DNA of 64,000 bases from Candidatus Spechtbacteria bacterium RIFCSPHIGHO2_02_FULL_43_15b (GCA_001819985.1 MHOE01000013.1:1088-65087); one strand, 5' to 3'; positions 1-10,336 are shown, numbered from the stretch's first letter. The notes: generated by a model not told the origin, from the sequence alone. Made by a program: numbers and translations.

Positions 1-627
1 TATAACTGTCGGTATCATATCTGAAGTGAAAGTTACTATTATTTGCTGTACCGATAAAGGAACGCTTGCCACTATTCCGGCAAAAATCATCAGCGAGGTG
101 CCGTTTCCTATGCCCTTCTCTGAAATAAGTTCGCCAAGCCACATTAGAAACACCGCCCCCGCAGTTACCGTGAGAGTCGTTACAAACATATCAAATTTGC
201 CCAAAGATTCTATCACACCCTGCTGGGTCAATAAAGTTATAAAACTAAAACCCTGCAAAGCCGCTAATGGAACAGTAAGCATTCTACCGTACTGATTAAA
301 TTTTTGCCTGCCCTGCTCTCCTTCTTCCTGATAAATTTCTTTCAGCTTTGGAAATATCATTGTCATTAACTGAAGAATTATAGTAGCTGTGATAAACGGG
401 CCAAGCCCAAGCATTACGATTGATACCTGCTCGAGTGCTCCTCCAGAAAAAATATTCAGCAACCCAAACACTTGGTTACTGCCAAAAAATCTTTCAACCT
501 CTCCGCTGTCAACGCCCGGCACGGGTAGATTAGCCGCGATTCTAAACACGCCAAAAATAACCAGAATAAACAATATTTTGTTTTTAAGCTCTTTGATTTT
601 GAAAAGCAACAGAAGCTTTTGAACCAT
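1..627 (-). CDS. secY: Preprotein translocase SecY, N-terminal part (gene runs off the window start)
   Basis: Minus-strand translation from the ATG at 627 gives MVQKLLLLFKIKELKNKILFILVIFGVFRIAANLPVPGVDSGEVERFFG...LGLGPFITATIILQLM...NQYGR, the SecY N-terminal signature. It lies immediately downstream of rplO as in the spc operon. The ORF track missed it because it has no stop within the window. Confidence 0.85.
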   Translation of the reverse strand, partial: MVQKLLLLFKIKELKNKILFILVIFGVFRIAANLPVPGVDSGEVERFFGSNQVFGLLNIFSGGALEQVSIVMLGLGPFITATIILQLMTMIFPKLKEIYQEEGEQGRQKFNQYGRMLTVPLAALQGFSFITLLTQQGVIESLGKFDMFVTTLTVTAGAVFLMWLGELISEKGIGNGTSLMIFAGIVASVPLSVQQIIVTFTSDMIPTVI

Positions 628-681
628 AAATTCTGAATAAGAAAAAGTAAAAATCTAAGAAACTCCCGCTTTAAGCCCCGT

Positions 682-1116
682 TTATTTCGTATTAATCTTA
701 GCTTCAGCGGATTTCGACATTGTTACTCCTTCAAATTTGAGTTTTTTTGAAAGCTCTCCTTTCCCTAGTATTTTAACATTTGGAACTTTCCTCGCAACTC
801 TGCGAATAATTCCCTTTTCCAATAAAGTGTTAACGGATACGGTCTCTCCATCGCTATATTTTCCGTCTATTTCGTCTAAGTTAACGATTTGCCAAGTTTC
901 AAAAGCGCTTGTGCTTTGTTTTTTGTATCTTGACGCGGGAACACCGCGAAGTTTATGGATTTTGCGTATAAAATCCCTTATAGCTGGACGGATTCTGGCG
1001 CCAGCTCTTGCCTTTTGACCCTTAATTCCGCGACCAGAATAAGTACCGCGTTTTCCTCCGCGGCCTATACGCTTTTTCTTCTTGAATTTAATTTGGGTTA
1101 ACTGATGCAGTTGCAT
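682..1116 (-). CDS. rplO: 50S ribosomal protein L15
   Basis: 144 aa with a Gly/Arg/Lys-rich N-terminus (KKKKRIGRGGKRGTYSGRGIKGQKARAG) typical of uL15. Position is between S5 and secY. Confidence 0.9.
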   Translation of the reverse strand: MQLHQLTQIKFKKKKRIGRGGKRGTYSGRGIKGQKARAGARIRPAIRDFIRKIHKLRGVPASRYKKQSTSAFETWQIVNLDEIDGKYSDGETVSVNTLLEKGIIRRVARKVPNVKILGKGELSKKLKFEGVTMSKSAEAKINTK

Positions 1117-1127
1117 GGAATAAAAAA

Positions 1128-1718
1128 TTATTTTGCCTCTTTTGCTAGGTTTTCACTTTCTTCAATTTCGACATTCTCCGCTACTTCTTCGTTTTTCCCG
1201 ATTTCTTCTTTTATATTTAGGGCTGACACGCCTCTTTTTTCCTTAAATCCAATAGCTTTCAACGCCTCGACTGTCGCCCTGGCGTTATTAAGTTTATTTA
1301 CGCTTCTTGATAGGATTTTACCGACTATATTTCTATATCCCGCTAGATCGCATACCACTCTCGCCGCGCCGCCCGCTATTATACCCCTGCCTTCTTCGGC
1401 TGGGCGCAGGAAAACCTTCGCACTCGACGATTTCCCGTAAGATTCGTGCGGGATGCTTCCTTTTTTTGTAATCGGAACGCTAACCATATTCTTCCTCGCC
1501 GTTCTTACGGCTTTTTCAACTGCTTTCTGCACATCGGATCCTTTTTCGCTCGCAACGCCCACCTTTCCAGACCTGTCGCCAACTACAACTACCGCCCGAA
1601 AACTGAATCTTCTTCCCCCTGAAGTAACTCTAGCAACTCTTGCCACATCTAAAAGCTTGTGTTCCACATCGGATATTAGAGATTCCCTCTGTTTGAATTG
1701 TTGTCCTTGTTTTATCAT
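1128..1718 (-). CDS. rpsE: 30S ribosomal protein S5, with an acidic C-terminal extension
   Basis: The S5 dsRBD/core motifs are present (VVVVGDRSGKVGVASEKGSDVQKAVEKA...). It is followed directly by rplO with no L30 gene in the 11-nt gap. Confidence 0.9.
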   Translation of the reverse strand: MIKQGQQFKQRESLISDVEHKLLDVARVARVTSGGRRFSFRAVVVVGDRSGKVGVASEKGSDVQKAVEKAVRTARKNMVSVPITKKGSIPHESYGKSSSAKVFLRPAEEGRGIIAGGAARVVCDLAGYRNIVGKILSRSVNKLNNARATVEALKAIGFKEKRGVSALNIKEEIGKNEEVAENVEIEESENLAKEAK

Positions 1719-1722
1719 GGTT

Positions 1723-2091
1723 CTAAAATTTTAATCCGCCTTCCCTCGCGCCTTCGGCTAGAGCTTTTACTCTTCCGTGGTATTTATACCCGCCTCTATC
1801 AAAAACAACTTTTTCGATTTTTTTTCCCATTGCTTTTTCGGCAACCAATTTCCCGATGCCGCGCGCAACTTCTGATTTACCATGCGCGTCTTTCGATTTT
1901 CTCTTGGATTCCTTTTTTATATCTTCCATTGTAACCGAAATTAAAGTGGCGCCTTTTGAATCGTCTATAACTTGGGCGTAAGTATATTTATTTGATCGAA
2001 ATACGCAAAGACGCGGAACTTCTGATGTTCCTATTATCTTCGATCTCACCCGCTTATGTCTTTGTTCTCGTTTTTTTTGTGTTTGTTTCAT
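1723..2091 (-). CDS. rplR: 50S ribosomal protein L18
   Basis: 122 aa with a uL18-like N-terminus ([37 protein letters not shown]). Operon position between L6 and S5. Confidence 0.9.
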   Translation of the reverse strand: MKQTQKKREQRHKRVRSKIIGTSEVPRLCVFRSNKYTYAQVIDDSKGATLISVTMEDIKKESKRKSKDAHGKSEVARGIGKLVAEKAMGKKIEKVVFDRGGYKYHGRVKALAEGAREGGLKF

Positions 2092-2117
2092 ATTTGAAAA
2101 TCAATCAAATTCATACT

Positions 2118-2681
2118 TTAAGCCGCCGCTTTCTTACCCGACTTTCTCCTTATATGCTCGCCTTCGTAGTGTATTCCCTTGCCTTTGTATGGTTCCGGTT
2201 TTCTAAATGACCTTATTTTAGCCGCGGCTTGACCAACCATCTGCTTGTCTATTCCGCTTACTGTTATCACATTGCCTTCTACGATTACTGTCACTCCATC
2301 CGGTATATTGAATTCCACTGGATGAGAAAAGCCAAGACTAAGAGTCAAAATTTTTCCCGCAACCTGCGCGCGGTATCCGACTCCTTCCATTTCCAATTTT
2401 TTTTGATATCCCTCCGTTACTCCCTCAAACATATTAAATACCAGAGCGCGACTTAATCCCCAAATGGCGGAGCTTTTCTTTGGTATTTTCTTCCAATCCT
2501 CATCTTTTTCCAGAGATACGGGCCGTAAATTAATCATATCTTCATTTTTCGTGATAGTTATCAAGGGATCTACGGTAAGTGAAAGTTCGCCTTTCGGACC
2601 CTTAACCGAAACCAGACCATCTTTCAAGGTGACCTCAACATTGCTTGGTATTTTTATTGGAAGCTTGCCTATTCGACTCAT
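2118..2681 (-). CDS. rplF: 50S ribosomal protein L6
   Basis: 187 aa starting MSRIGKLPIKIPSNVEVTL, matching the uL6 N-terminus and its two-domain length. Confidence 0.9.
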   Translation of the reverse strand: MSRIGKLPIKIPSNVEVTLKDGLVSVKGPKGELSLTVDPLITITKNEDMINLRPVSLEKDEDWKKIPKKSSAIWGLSRALVFNMFEGVTEGYQKKLEMEGVGYRAQVAGKILTLSLGFSHPVEFNIPDGVTVIVEGNVITVSGIDKQMVGQAAAKIRSFRKPEPYKGKGIHYEGEHIRRKSGKKAAA

Positions 2682-2751
2682 AATGAATACCCTAATAACT
2701 TTCTAAAACATATTTTTAAGATAAATCAATTACTGCCGTAGAACTCATTTC

Positions 2752-3141
2752 TTACCAAACTTTACATAACACTTCACCGCCCACTTTTTCCTTTTTCGCA
2801 TTTTCTCCGGTCATTATTCCTTGAGGCGTAGAAACCACTAATATTCCGTATCCGTATCTCACCTTAGGAATTTCCTTGTAACTTGCGTAGATTCTTTTTC
2901 CGGGCTTACTCACCATAGTCAGATTATTTATAACTGACTCCCCATCTTTACTATATTTTAATGAAATTATCAATCTCTGCTTACCGCCCCTGTCCTTGAC
3001 CTGAACATCTTCTATGAAACCTTCCGATTTGAATATTTGAGCTATACCCATATTAACCTTTGAATACGCAACCTTAACACTCGGGTGCTTCACACTCTTG
3101 GCGTTCCGTATTGCTGTTAGCATATTTGCTATATTATCCAT
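2752..3141 (-). CDS. rpsH: 30S ribosomal protein S8
   Basis: 129 aa starting MDNIANMLTAIRNA, the canonical uS8 start. Confidence 0.9.
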   Translation of the reverse strand: MDNIANMLTAIRNAKSVKHPSVKVAYSKVNMGIAQIFKSEGFIEDVQVKDRGGKQRLIISLKYSKDGESVINNLTMVSKPGKRIYASYKEIPKVRYGYGILVVSTPQGIMTGENAKKEKVGGEVLCKVW

Positions 3142-3186
3142 AATTTTACGAATAAATTACCGATCTCGATAGGTAAAATTTATCTA

Positions 3187-3372
3187 CTACCAGCTCGATT
3201 TCTTTACCCCCGATATCTCTCCCTTATTTGCCAATTCTCTGAAACACATCCTGCATAGACCAAATTTTCTCATATAACCGCGCCTTCTCCCACACTTAAA
3301 ACATCTACGAATAATTCGCGTTGAAAATTTCGGTTTTTTAAGTGATCTTGCGATTTGACTTTCCTTAGCCAT
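3187..3372 (-). CDS. rpsN: 30S ribosomal protein S14 type Z (zinc-binding)
   Basis: 61 aa with [24 protein letters not shown], the CxxC...CxxC motif of short-form S14. Confidence 0.85.
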   Translation of the reverse strand: MAKESQIARSLKKPKFSTRIIRRCFKCGRRRGYMRKFGLCRMCFRELANKGEISGVKKSSW

Positions 3373-3451
3373 TGAAATTCTTCTTCATCCCTGACTGTTT
3401 AACTGCGGGTACGCGCAGGCAATCAGTCAGGGATGAAGATACATAATTTAA

Positions 3452-4024
3452 TTACTTTCCCTGAAAAGGAACTCCCAACTGCTTCAATAATTCCAATCCC
3501 TCCTCGCGGATTCTCGCATTAGTAACTATCGTTATCTCCATGCCCCAAATTTTCCTGACTTTGTCATGCGGTATATCGGGAAATATCATCTGCTCCTTAA
3601 TGCCTATTGTCATATTGCCGTGTTCGTCCACGCATTTACTGTCAATGCCCCTAAAATCCCTTGAACGCGGGAAAGCTATTTTTATAAGGCGGTCTAAAAA
3701 ATCATACATCCTACCGCCTCTTAACACAACCCTAAGACCGCTTATCATTCCCTGTCTTAATTTGAACCCGGATATTGATTTTTTCGCCCTAATAATCTGT
3801 GGCTTCTGTCCGGTTATCAATGTCATCTCTTCTATAATATCCTCTATCGAGGAAAGCTCGCCCGAAGCGCCTTCGGATCCCTTAAAGGTGTTGACAATCC
3901 TTCCTACGCCCGTGTTAACCACGATTTTCTCAAGTTTGGGAACGGCAAAAACATTCGCATAGCCAAATTTTTCCTTGAGTGCGGGAATAACTTTATCTAT
4001 GTAATTTTCTTTTGCATTTGGCAT
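3452..4024 (-). CDS. rplE: 50S ribosomal protein L5
   Basis: The start was moved to the internal ATG at 4024 (MPNAKENYIDKVIPALKEKFGY...VPKLEKIVVNTGVG), which aligns to the uL5 N-terminus. The longer ORF-track start (4180) would overlap rplX. Confidence 0.85.
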   Translation of the reverse strand: MPNAKENYIDKVIPALKEKFGYANVFAVPKLEKIVVNTGVGRIVNTFKGSEGASGELSSIEDIIEEMTLITGQKPQIIRAKKSISGFKLRQGMISGLRVVLRGGRMYDFLDRLIKIAFPRSRDFRGIDSKCVDEHGNMTIGIKEQMIFPDIPHDKVRKIWGMEITIVTNARIREEGLELLKQLGVPFQGK

Positions 4025-4064
4025 ATTCGGTATACGACGATAATTTATAAAGATAGGATCAAAT

Positions 4065-4370
4065 CTATACGGCTTCGCCGCATTTTTTGCATATCCTATA
4101 TTTTTTGCCGTCCGCAATCTTACGGCCAACCCTGACTGCCTTTGAACACTTGGGGCACAAAAACTTCGCGTTTGACGCATCGAAAGAAGCCGCTACCTCC
4201 ACGGTTTGGCCTTTTTCTCCTTGGCGCCTCGCCTTCACGCGTTTTTTCTGAATATTTATGCTCTCAACAACAATCTTCCCCTCTTTCGGGAGAACTTCAG
4301 TTATTTTCCCTTTCTTGCCGCGATATTTTCCGGAAATCACCAGTATATTGTCGCCTTTGTGTAACTTCAT
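4065..4370 (-). CDS. rplX: 50S ribosomal protein L24 with a C-terminal 4-Cys zinc-ribbon insertion
   Basis: KOW-domain start MKLHKGDNILVISGKYRGKKGKI. The C-terminus carries CPKC...CKKC in place of the usual short tail. Confidence 0.85.
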   Translation of the reverse strand: MKLHKGDNILVISGKYRGKKGKITEVLPKEGKIVVESINIQKKRVKARRQGEKGQTVEVAASFDASNAKFLCPKCSKAVRVGRKIADGKKYRICKKCGEAV

Positions 4371-4418
4371 AAAATATTAAACTTGCTTAACTAAATAAAA
4401 TTTATGTGCCATTCGTCA

Positions 4419-4784
4419 TTACAGCACTTCCGGCGCCAGCGAAGCTATCTTATCAAATCCCTTCTCCTTTATTTCTCTAGGTATGGGACCAAAAATTCTC
4501 CCGCCCTTCGGAACATCTCCATCCAAAATGACCGCGGCATTGTCGCTGAACCTTATGTATGAACCGTCTTTCCTTCTATATGCTTTTTTCTGCCTAACTA
4601 TAACGGCTTTGACAACTTCCTTCCTCTTCACTATTCTTCTTGGTTCAGCTACCTTAACAGACGCAACCACTATATCTCCCAAAGAAGCGTATCTTCTCCT
4701 TGTGCCTCCAAGTACCTTAAAACACTGGATAATTTTTGCTCCGGTATTGTCTGCTACATTTAATTTTGTCCCCGCTTGAATCAT
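4419..4784 (-). CDS. rplN: 50S ribosomal protein L14
   Basis: Start set at the internal ATG ([17 protein letters not shown]...), matching the uL14 N-terminus. The upstream 19-codon extension in the ORF track overlaps rpsQ. Confidence 0.85.
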   Translation of the reverse strand: MIQAGTKLNVADNTGAKIIQCFKVLGGTRRRYASLGDIVVASVKVAEPRRIVKRKEVVKAVIVRQKKAYRRKDGSYIRFSDNAAVILDGDVPKGGRIFGPIPREIKEKGFDKIASLAPEVL

Positions 4785-4818
4785 TTTGTTATATTTAAAA
4801 AATTGGCCGTAATTTTTG

Positions 4819-5061
4819 TTACTTACCCTCCGGAACAGCAAATTCGACGATTCTCCATCTTTTATACTTGCTTATCGGCCTCGTCTCCTCGATAACCACG
4901 ATCTCGCCGATTTTGTGCTTATTTTCGGGATCGTGCGCCTTATATTTTTTTGTGACCCTAAAACGCCTCTCGTATTTGGGATGTTTTTTTAATCGCGAAA
5001 CCTCCACAACGACAGTTTTGTTCATTTTATCCGATACAATTGTGCCTTTAAGTCGTTTCAT
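4819..5061 (-). CDS. rpsQ: 30S ribosomal protein S17
   Basis: 80 aa starting [21 protein letters not shown], the uS17 OB-fold signature. Position between L29 and L14. Confidence 0.85.
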   Translation of the reverse strand: MKRLKGTIVSDKMNKTVVVEVSRLKKHPKYERRFRVTKKYKAHDPENKHKIGEIVVIEETRPISKYKRWRIVEFAVPEGK

Positions 5062-5137
5062 TTTGATTCTGTCACCCTTGATGAATAATCTCTGGATTCA
5101 AACAGACGATCCATTAAGGATACAGCATCATAAATCT

Positions 5138-5356
5138 TTATTTCTCATTTAATAAAGTTAGGACTCTTGCTATATCTTTCCTTGCGGATTTCATTTCCCT
5201 TATGTTTTTAACCCTTCCCTCGGATAAATCAAAACGCAAATCGAGCAAACGATTCCGCTTTTCATCGGATAATTTTTGAAGTTCTGGTTTTGATTTTTGC
5301 CGCAATTCTCTTATTTTCATAATTATATTTTGCGTACGCTCGTCGCAAACCGACAC
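5138..5356 (-). CDS. rpmC: 50S ribosomal protein L29
   Basis: 72 aa helical protein (ELRQKSKPELQKLSDEKRNRLLDLRF) between L16 and S17. Confidence 0.8.
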   Translation of the reverse strand: MSVCDERTQNIIMKIRELRQKSKPELQKLSDEKRNRLLDLRFDLSEGRVKNIREMKSARKDIARVLTLLNEK

Positions 5357-5379
5357 AACGCACGCGTAAACATTTATTT

Positions 5380-5790
5380 CTATCTCTTTATTATCCGCGT
5401 TCTCACTGGCAACTTATGACCCGCCACCCTTAGCGCCTCACGGGCAACCTCCTCTGAAACACCGTCTAATTCGAACAGGACCCTGCCCGGCCTAACGGGA
5501 AAAACAAAATGGTCAACACCCCCCTTGCCGCCTCCCATCGGAACCTCTGTGCCCTTTTTTGTTACGGGCTTATCCGGAAAAATCCTTATCCACATTTTTC
5601 CTCCTTTCTTCATAGCGCGTATTATTGCCCGCCTTGACGCTTCTATATGCCTCGAATCTATCCATTTATCTCCGCTTATAACTTGTAATCCAAAGGTTCC
5701 AAAGCTTAGCTCGTTGCCACGAGATTCAACAGCCGCGCGCCTTCGTCCTTTTGTCCATTTTCTATGTTTTACTTTACTTGGCAATAACAT
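5380..5790 (-). CDS. rplP: 50S ribosomal protein L16
   Basis: 136 aa starting [18 protein letters not shown], matching the uL16 N-terminus. Confidence 0.9.
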   Translation of the reverse strand: MLLPSKVKHRKWTKGRRRAAVESRGNELSFGTFGLQVISGDKWIDSRHIEASRRAIIRAMKKGGKMWIRIFPDKPVTKKGTEVPMGGGKGGVDHFVFPVRPGRVLFELDGVSEEVAREALRVAGHKLPVRTRIIKR

Positions 5791-5863
5791 TTTGTAATCC
5801 TTTTAGCCTATTTAAGGCATATGATTTTAGTAAATACTAAAACTTTCCGCCATATAAGCCAGC

Positions 5864-6529
5864 TCACTCCAATTTCTCCCCTTTGTAAATCCAAACCTTT
5901 ACGCCTATAACGCCATAAGTGGTGTACGCTTCATTTTTTGCAAGCTCTAGATTGGATCGCAAAGTATTCCTGGGCATCCTTCCTTCTTTTATTGATTCCC
6001 TTCTTGACATATCCGCGCCTCCAAGCCTGCCGGCCAATACTATCTTTGCCCCTTCCACTTCTTTGTTCGACATTATTCTTTCCATTGCTTTTTTCATAAC
6101 CCTTCTGAAAGGCATCCTTCTCTCAAGCTGTTCAGCTATGCTTAGACCTACTACATTTCCGAAACTTTCAGGATTCTTAACTTCCCTTATTTCAATTTTG
6201 ATTTCCGATAACTTTTTGTCCCCGCCGTATTTCAAAACGACTCGCCTAAGAATTTTCTCCAGATCTTTTTTAATGCTTTCGGCTCCGGCTCCCGATCTTC
6301 CTATTATTAAACCGGGCCTCGATGTATTTATGATTATTATAATTCTGTTAGCAGTTCTTTCTATTTCAATACTTTCCAGTCCCGCCGATCTAAGTTTCTT
6401 TGACAAGTATTCCCTAATTGAAACATCCTCTCTGACTCTTTCAGAATATCGCTTTTCGTCAAACCAACGCGCTTTCCAATTCGCATTTATGCCTAATCTG
6501 TATGCTAATGGATGAACTTTGTGACTCAT
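5864..6529 (-). CDS. rpsC: 30S ribosomal protein S3
   Basis: 221 aa with a KH-domain region and MSHKVHPLAYRLGI start. Position between L22 and L16. Confidence 0.9.
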   Translation of the reverse strand: MSHKVHPLAYRLGINANWKARWFDEKRYSERVREDVSIREYLSKKLRSAGLESIEIERTANRIIIIINTSRPGLIIGRSGAGAESIKKDLEKILRRVVLKYGGDKKLSEIKIEIREVKNPESFGNVVGLSIAEQLERRMPFRRVMKKAMERIMSNKEVEGAKIVLAGRLGGADMSRRESIKEGRMPRNTLRSNLELAKNEAYTTYGVIGVKVWIYKGEKLE

Positions 6530-6579
6530 ATTTTGGCGGCTAAAATAGCTGGTGTGTAAAAATATATTCTTGAAATCTT

Positions 6580-6969
6580 TTACGCACTAACTTTCTTTTC
6601 CTTTTTATTTTCCGTTTTTTCTTGTTTTATTTCCGAAGACCGTTCATCTAGAACTATAGTCACATGACTTGTGCGTCTTTTTATCGGCGCGGCATGACCT
6701 CTTCCCGTGGGCCTAAACCTTTTATGCGCGGGGCCGTTATCAACAGAAATTTTCTTTATATACAAATTCCCCTCGCTTTTAGAAAAATTATTCTTTGCGT
6801 TCGATATGGCAGAATCCAATAACTTAGCAACGCTCGGAGCCCCTCTCTTACTTAAAAACTGGAGCTGTTTTTTAGCGTTATCCGCATCCATGCCTCTTAT
6901 CAAATCGGAAATCGCCCTGATTTTTCGAGGGCTCATTCGCAAGTATCTGATTTTTGCAGTCATTTCCAT
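6580..6969 (-). CDS. rplV: 50S ribosomal protein L22
   Basis: 129 aa starting MEMTAKIRYLRMSPRKIRAISDLIRG, the uL22 signature. Confidence 0.85.
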   Translation of the reverse strand: MEMTAKIRYLRMSPRKIRAISDLIRGMDADNAKKQLQFLSKRGAPSVAKLLDSAISNAKNNFSKSEGNLYIKKISVDNGPAHKRFRPTGRGHAAPIKRRTSHVTIVLDERSSEIKQEKTENKKEKKVSA

Positions 6970-7072
6970 ACTGATCGTAAATATTAGTTTCGCGCATTGT
7001 TCGGCGTCGGTTTACTGTATTTTGGAAATCCTAACAAAACCGGCGCGGAAATATGCGCAAAAAACACTAACT

Positions 7073-7357
7073 TTAACTTTTCTTCTCCAGTTCTTGTTGC
7101 ATTTTTCCTCCGTGCCTAATGAATTTTCTTGTTGGTGAAAATTCGCCCAGTTTATGGCCGACCATGTCTTCAGTAACAAAAACGGGGATATGCTCTCTAC
7201 CATTGTGAACCCCGAATGTAAATCCTATCATTTCAGGGCTTATCGTGCAAGATCTTGACCATGTTTTTATTACTGCCCTGTCGCCAGCTTTAAGATTAGC
7301 TATTTTCTTTAGTATTCTTTCATCTATGTATGGTCCCTTTTTTAGTGATCGCGGCAT
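7073..7357 (-). CDS. rpsS: 30S ribosomal protein S19
   Basis: 94 aa [19 protein letters not shown]...GHKLGEF, canonical uS19. Confidence 0.9.
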   Translation of the reverse strand: MPRSLKKGPYIDERILKKIANLKAGDRAVIKTWSRSCTISPEMIGFTFGVHNGREHIPVFVTEDMVGHKLGEFSPTRKFIRHGGKMQQELEKKS

Positions 7358-7448
7358 GATTTTATGATTAGATTAGCAATTTCTATGAACACACGAAACG
7401 GTTTTATAAATCGTAGCGTATTCGTAGAGAATTCATAAATACTATCCA

Positions 7449-8285
7449 TTACTTTCTTTTTTTATTCTTTCTCCGATGCAATATCATACTGTTCGAATAT
7501 TTTTTGTGTCTGCGCGTCCTTACGCCGTACGCATTCTTGCCCCAAGGCGTTTTTGGATGCTTTAACCCTATCGGCGCTCGTCCCTCGCCTCCTCCGTGCG
7601 GATGATCAACGGGATTCATCGCCGAACCCCTGACATGGGGCCTTATTCCCTTGTGCCTATTTCTTCCGGCCTTTCCCATAACCTCTAAGTTGTGTTGCCT
7701 GTTTGAAACAAACCCTATACTGCCGTAACATTCAGCAAAAACTTTTCGCACTTCCCCCGAAGGCATAGCGAGCATTGTGTGCTTCCCTTCCGTCGCCAGA
7801 ACTTTTGCGCCTGTTCCACCGGATCTTGAAATCTTTCCTCCTTGCCCCGGATTTATCTCGACATTGTACACAAACGCGCCGACGGGCACATATTTCAGTT
7901 TCATTCTGTTGCCTGTTTTTACCTCTCCGGCCTCTTCATAACAAACAATGTCTGTTCCGACATTTAACCCGTCGGGTGCTACTATGTAAGCACTTGTTTT
8001 GTCGCCGTATTCAATCAGCGCAATCCTTGCGCTTCTGTTCGGATCATATTCAATACCAAGCACCTTAGCCGTTTCGCCTATCTTTTTTTCTCCGAAATCT
8101 ATTATTCTGTATCTCCGTTTCGCTCCTCCCCCTTTGAATCGCACGCTTATTTTACCCCTGCTTCTGCCTCCCGTTTTATGCAAAGGCGCCAAAAATTTTT
8201 TCTCGGGAGTTTTTTTGGTTATCATGCTAAAATCAGGTCTTGTCATACCGCGTCTTCCAGCACTTGTTGGTTTGTATAATTTCAT
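7449..8285 (-). CDS. rplB: 50S ribosomal protein L2
   Basis: 278 aa with uL2 motifs ([30 protein letters not shown]). Confidence 0.9.
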   Translation of the reverse strand: MKLYKPTSAGRRGMTRPDFSMITKKTPEKKFLAPLHKTGGRSRGKISVRFKGGGAKRRYRIIDFGEKKIGETAKVLGIEYDPNRSARIALIEYGDKTSAYIVAPDGLNVGTDIVCYEEAGEVKTGNRMKLKYVPVGAFVYNVEINPGQGGKISRSGGTGAKVLATEGKHTMLAMPSGEVRKVFAECYGSIGFVSNRQHNLEVMGKAGRNRHKGIRPHVRGSAMNPVDHPHGGGEGRAPIGLKHPKTPWGKNAYGVRTRRHKKYSNSMILHRRKNKKRK

Positions 8286-8326
8286 GGTTTTAGTTTGCGA
8301 CTTGCATTAGCCGCTGTTTTACCTTT

Positions 8327-8779
8327 TTAATGCGGTAAAACCTCGATAATCTCGCCTTTCCTTAATTTAACAACGGCCTTAGTGTAGCCGGATCTCCAAC
8401 CTATTTGCCTTCCCCTCCTTCTTTTCTTTCCGGGCATTTTGATTTTGGAAACTTTTTCCACATGCACCCCGTAAATATCCTGTACTGCCTTCCTTATTTC
8501 AGCTTTTGTCGTATTGCTGAAAACTCTAAATACATACTGATTAACTTTTGTTAAATCCGTTGATTTTTCCGTTATATGCGGCTGTTTCAAAATTCGAAAC
8601 GCAGATTTAGACGACTTTAATCCAGTCGCGGCCTTATCTTTTGGCTTTTCCGCCTTCCCTTTAACGCCTTTTTGGGATTTTGCCCGCGTCTCTTTCTTAG
8701 CATCTTTAGATTTTGCTTTATCTGCTTTTTCTTTATTTTTTATAAAATCGAATAATGCCATTTTGAAAATCCGACTCAC
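8327..8779 (-). CDS. rplW: 50S ribosomal protein L23 with a Lys/Ala-rich N-terminal extension
   Basis: The C-terminal ~95 aa matches uL23 (ILKQPHITEKS...KAVVKLRKGE). The N-terminal ~55 aa is a low-complexity K/A-rich extension, so the true start could be an internal Met. Confidence 0.8.
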   Translation of the reverse strand: MSRIFKMALFDFIKNKEKADKAKSKDAKKETRAKSQKGVKGKAEKPKDKAATGLKSSKSAFRILKQPHITEKSTDLTKVNQYVFRVFSNTTKAEIRKAVQDIYGVHVEKVSKIKMPGKKRRRGRQIGWRSGYTKAVVKLRKGEIIEVLPH

Positions 8780-8782
8780 CCA

Positions 8783-9478
8783 TTACACCTGTTTAATGGC
8801 CGCGTTCGGGCTACCGCCGAGGCGTGGTTTTTGAGTTTTGGAATCTAATTTGCTTTTATATTTCTCTTTTATAGCGTCAACGGCGTCTGCTGTAACTATT
8901 AAATATTTATAATTAAGCAAATCTGCAACATTCATATTGCCTAAGCTTATAATCTTAAAACTCTCGATGTTTCGTCCCGACTTCTGCAATGCTTCATTCT
9001 TTTTCTCAATTATCATTACAGTACCCTCTCCTCCGGGAATCATTTTCTCTATAAACGCCACTAAATCCTTGGTCTTTGGCTTATCTAATTCGAATTTATC
9101 AACAACAATCATTTCCTTATCGCTTGCCTTTGTCGATAAGGCCATAAGAACAGCTTTCCTCTTCATTTTCTTATTTATCTTTTTTTTGAAATTTCTTTCC
9201 TTTGTCGGGCCAAAAGTAACTCCACCGCCAACCCATATGGGAGAACGGATCGAACCATGCCTTGCTCGTCCCGTCCCTTTCTGTCTCCATGGCTTTTTGC
9301 CGCCACCCCTAACCTCGCCCCTGCCCTTCGTATGAGCTATAACTTGACGCGTATTTGCCATCTGCGTTACAAACGCCTGATGTAAAAGCGCGGGTGTTAT
9401 TTTCATTCCGAAAATACTTTCGGGCAAATCCATCTTCCCTACTTCTTCGCCGTTTCTATTGTAGACCTTCGTTTTCAT
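8783..9478 (-). CDS. rplD: 50S ribosomal protein L4
   Basis: 231 aa with position and composition typical of uL4 (...GRGEVRGGGKKPWRQKGTGRARHGSIRSPIWVGGG...). Confidence 0.85.
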   Translation of the reverse strand: MKTKVYNRNGEEVGKMDLPESIFGMKITPALLHQAFVTQMANTRQVIAHTKGRGEVRGGGKKPWRQKGTGRARHGSIRSPIWVGGGVTFGPTKERNFKKKINKKMKRKAVLMALSTKASDKEMIVVDKFELDKPKTKDLVAFIEKMIPGGEGTVMIIEKKNEALQKSGRNIESFKIISLGNMNVADLLNYKYLIVTADAVDAIKEKYKSKLDSKTQKPRLGGSPNAAIKQV

Positions 9479-9539
9479 CCTTAACGCGCTTGTGCATACT
9501 TAGCCGCAAAACGACTTACACGCACAAGGGTAATTTAAG

Positions 9540-10142
9540 TTATCCTATTATCTCAACCAAACTTCCCCTCGATCCTGGAATAGCTCCTTTCAACGCCAAA
9601 AGATTATTCTCCTTGTCAATTTCTAAAATCTCGACTTTCTTTATTGTCACGCTGTCATGACCCATTCTTCCGCCCATCCTCTTGCCTTTCCTCGTATGTT
9701 GCGGAAATCTGGAACCGATTGATCCGGGCGATCTGTGTTTTTTCTTTGTTCCATGAGTTTTTGGAAGTCCGGAAAATCCATGCCTTTTCACGACCCCTTG
9801 AAATCCCTTTCCTTTCGAAACGCCTTTTAGCGTAACTTCATCGCCCGCATTAAAAGCAGATACATCGATCTTGTCGCCGATTTTCAATTTCTCTTCGCTT
9901 CTACATTCGCGTACCCATCTGAAACTTCCCAAATCCCTAAAATGCCCCTTCAGTGATTTTGATAATTTATTTTTGCTTTTAGTGCCAAATCCAACCTGAA
10001 CAGCGTCATATCCGTCTTTGTCCTTTGACTTCATTTGCGTAACAACGACAGGTCCCGCCTCAATAAGCGTAGCGGGTGCAATATTTCCGTCTTCCATAAA
10101 AATCTGCGTCATTCCTAATTTTGTGCCTAAAAGAAATTTCAT
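9540..10142 (-). CDS. rplC: 50S ribosomal protein L3
   Basis: 200 aa starting MKFLLGTKLGMTQIFMEDG, the canonical uL3 N-terminus. Confidence 0.9.
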   Translation of the reverse strand: MKFLLGTKLGMTQIFMEDGNIAPATLIEAGPVVVTQMKSKDKDGYDAVQVGFGTKSKNKLSKSLKGHFRDLGSFRWVRECRSEEKLKIGDKIDVSAFNAGDEVTLKGVSKGKGFQGVVKRHGFSGLPKTHGTKKKHRSPGSIGSRFPQHTRKGKRMGGRMGHDSVTIKKVEILEIDKENNLLALKGAIPGSRGSLVEIIG

Positions 10143-10229
10143 ACATTTTACCCTTATTCATAATCTACTCGAAAAATAAAGCCCTGTTTTATTCGTTTTT
10201 TGCGTTTATAAATTATTAGTTGGGGCAAA

Positions 10230-10258
10230 CAAAAAAAGCTGGCGTAGTCCAGCTTTTC
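10230..10258 (-). terminator. Intrinsic terminator/attenuator-like hairpin between rpsJ and rplC
   Basis: AGCTGG-cgtagt-CCAGCT stem-loop. On the minus strand it is followed by a 7-T run, and it is flanked by an A-run on the other side, so it is symmetric. Confidence 0.45.
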
Positions 10259-10336
10259 GACTACTTCCTAACGATTTTATAAATTTACACCTTTGGATAT
10301 GTATGCAACTCTGCGAATAAATTTAATTTTTCGCAA

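Noticed and set aside
737-9660. Numerous plus-strand ORFs antisense to ribosomal protein genes (e.g. 737-1018, 1105-1440, 3540-3962, 5919-6515, 8937-9335)
   Set aside because: They overlap highly conserved minus-strand r-protein genes and have low-complexity Ser/Pro/Leu-rich translations. They are antisense artifacts.
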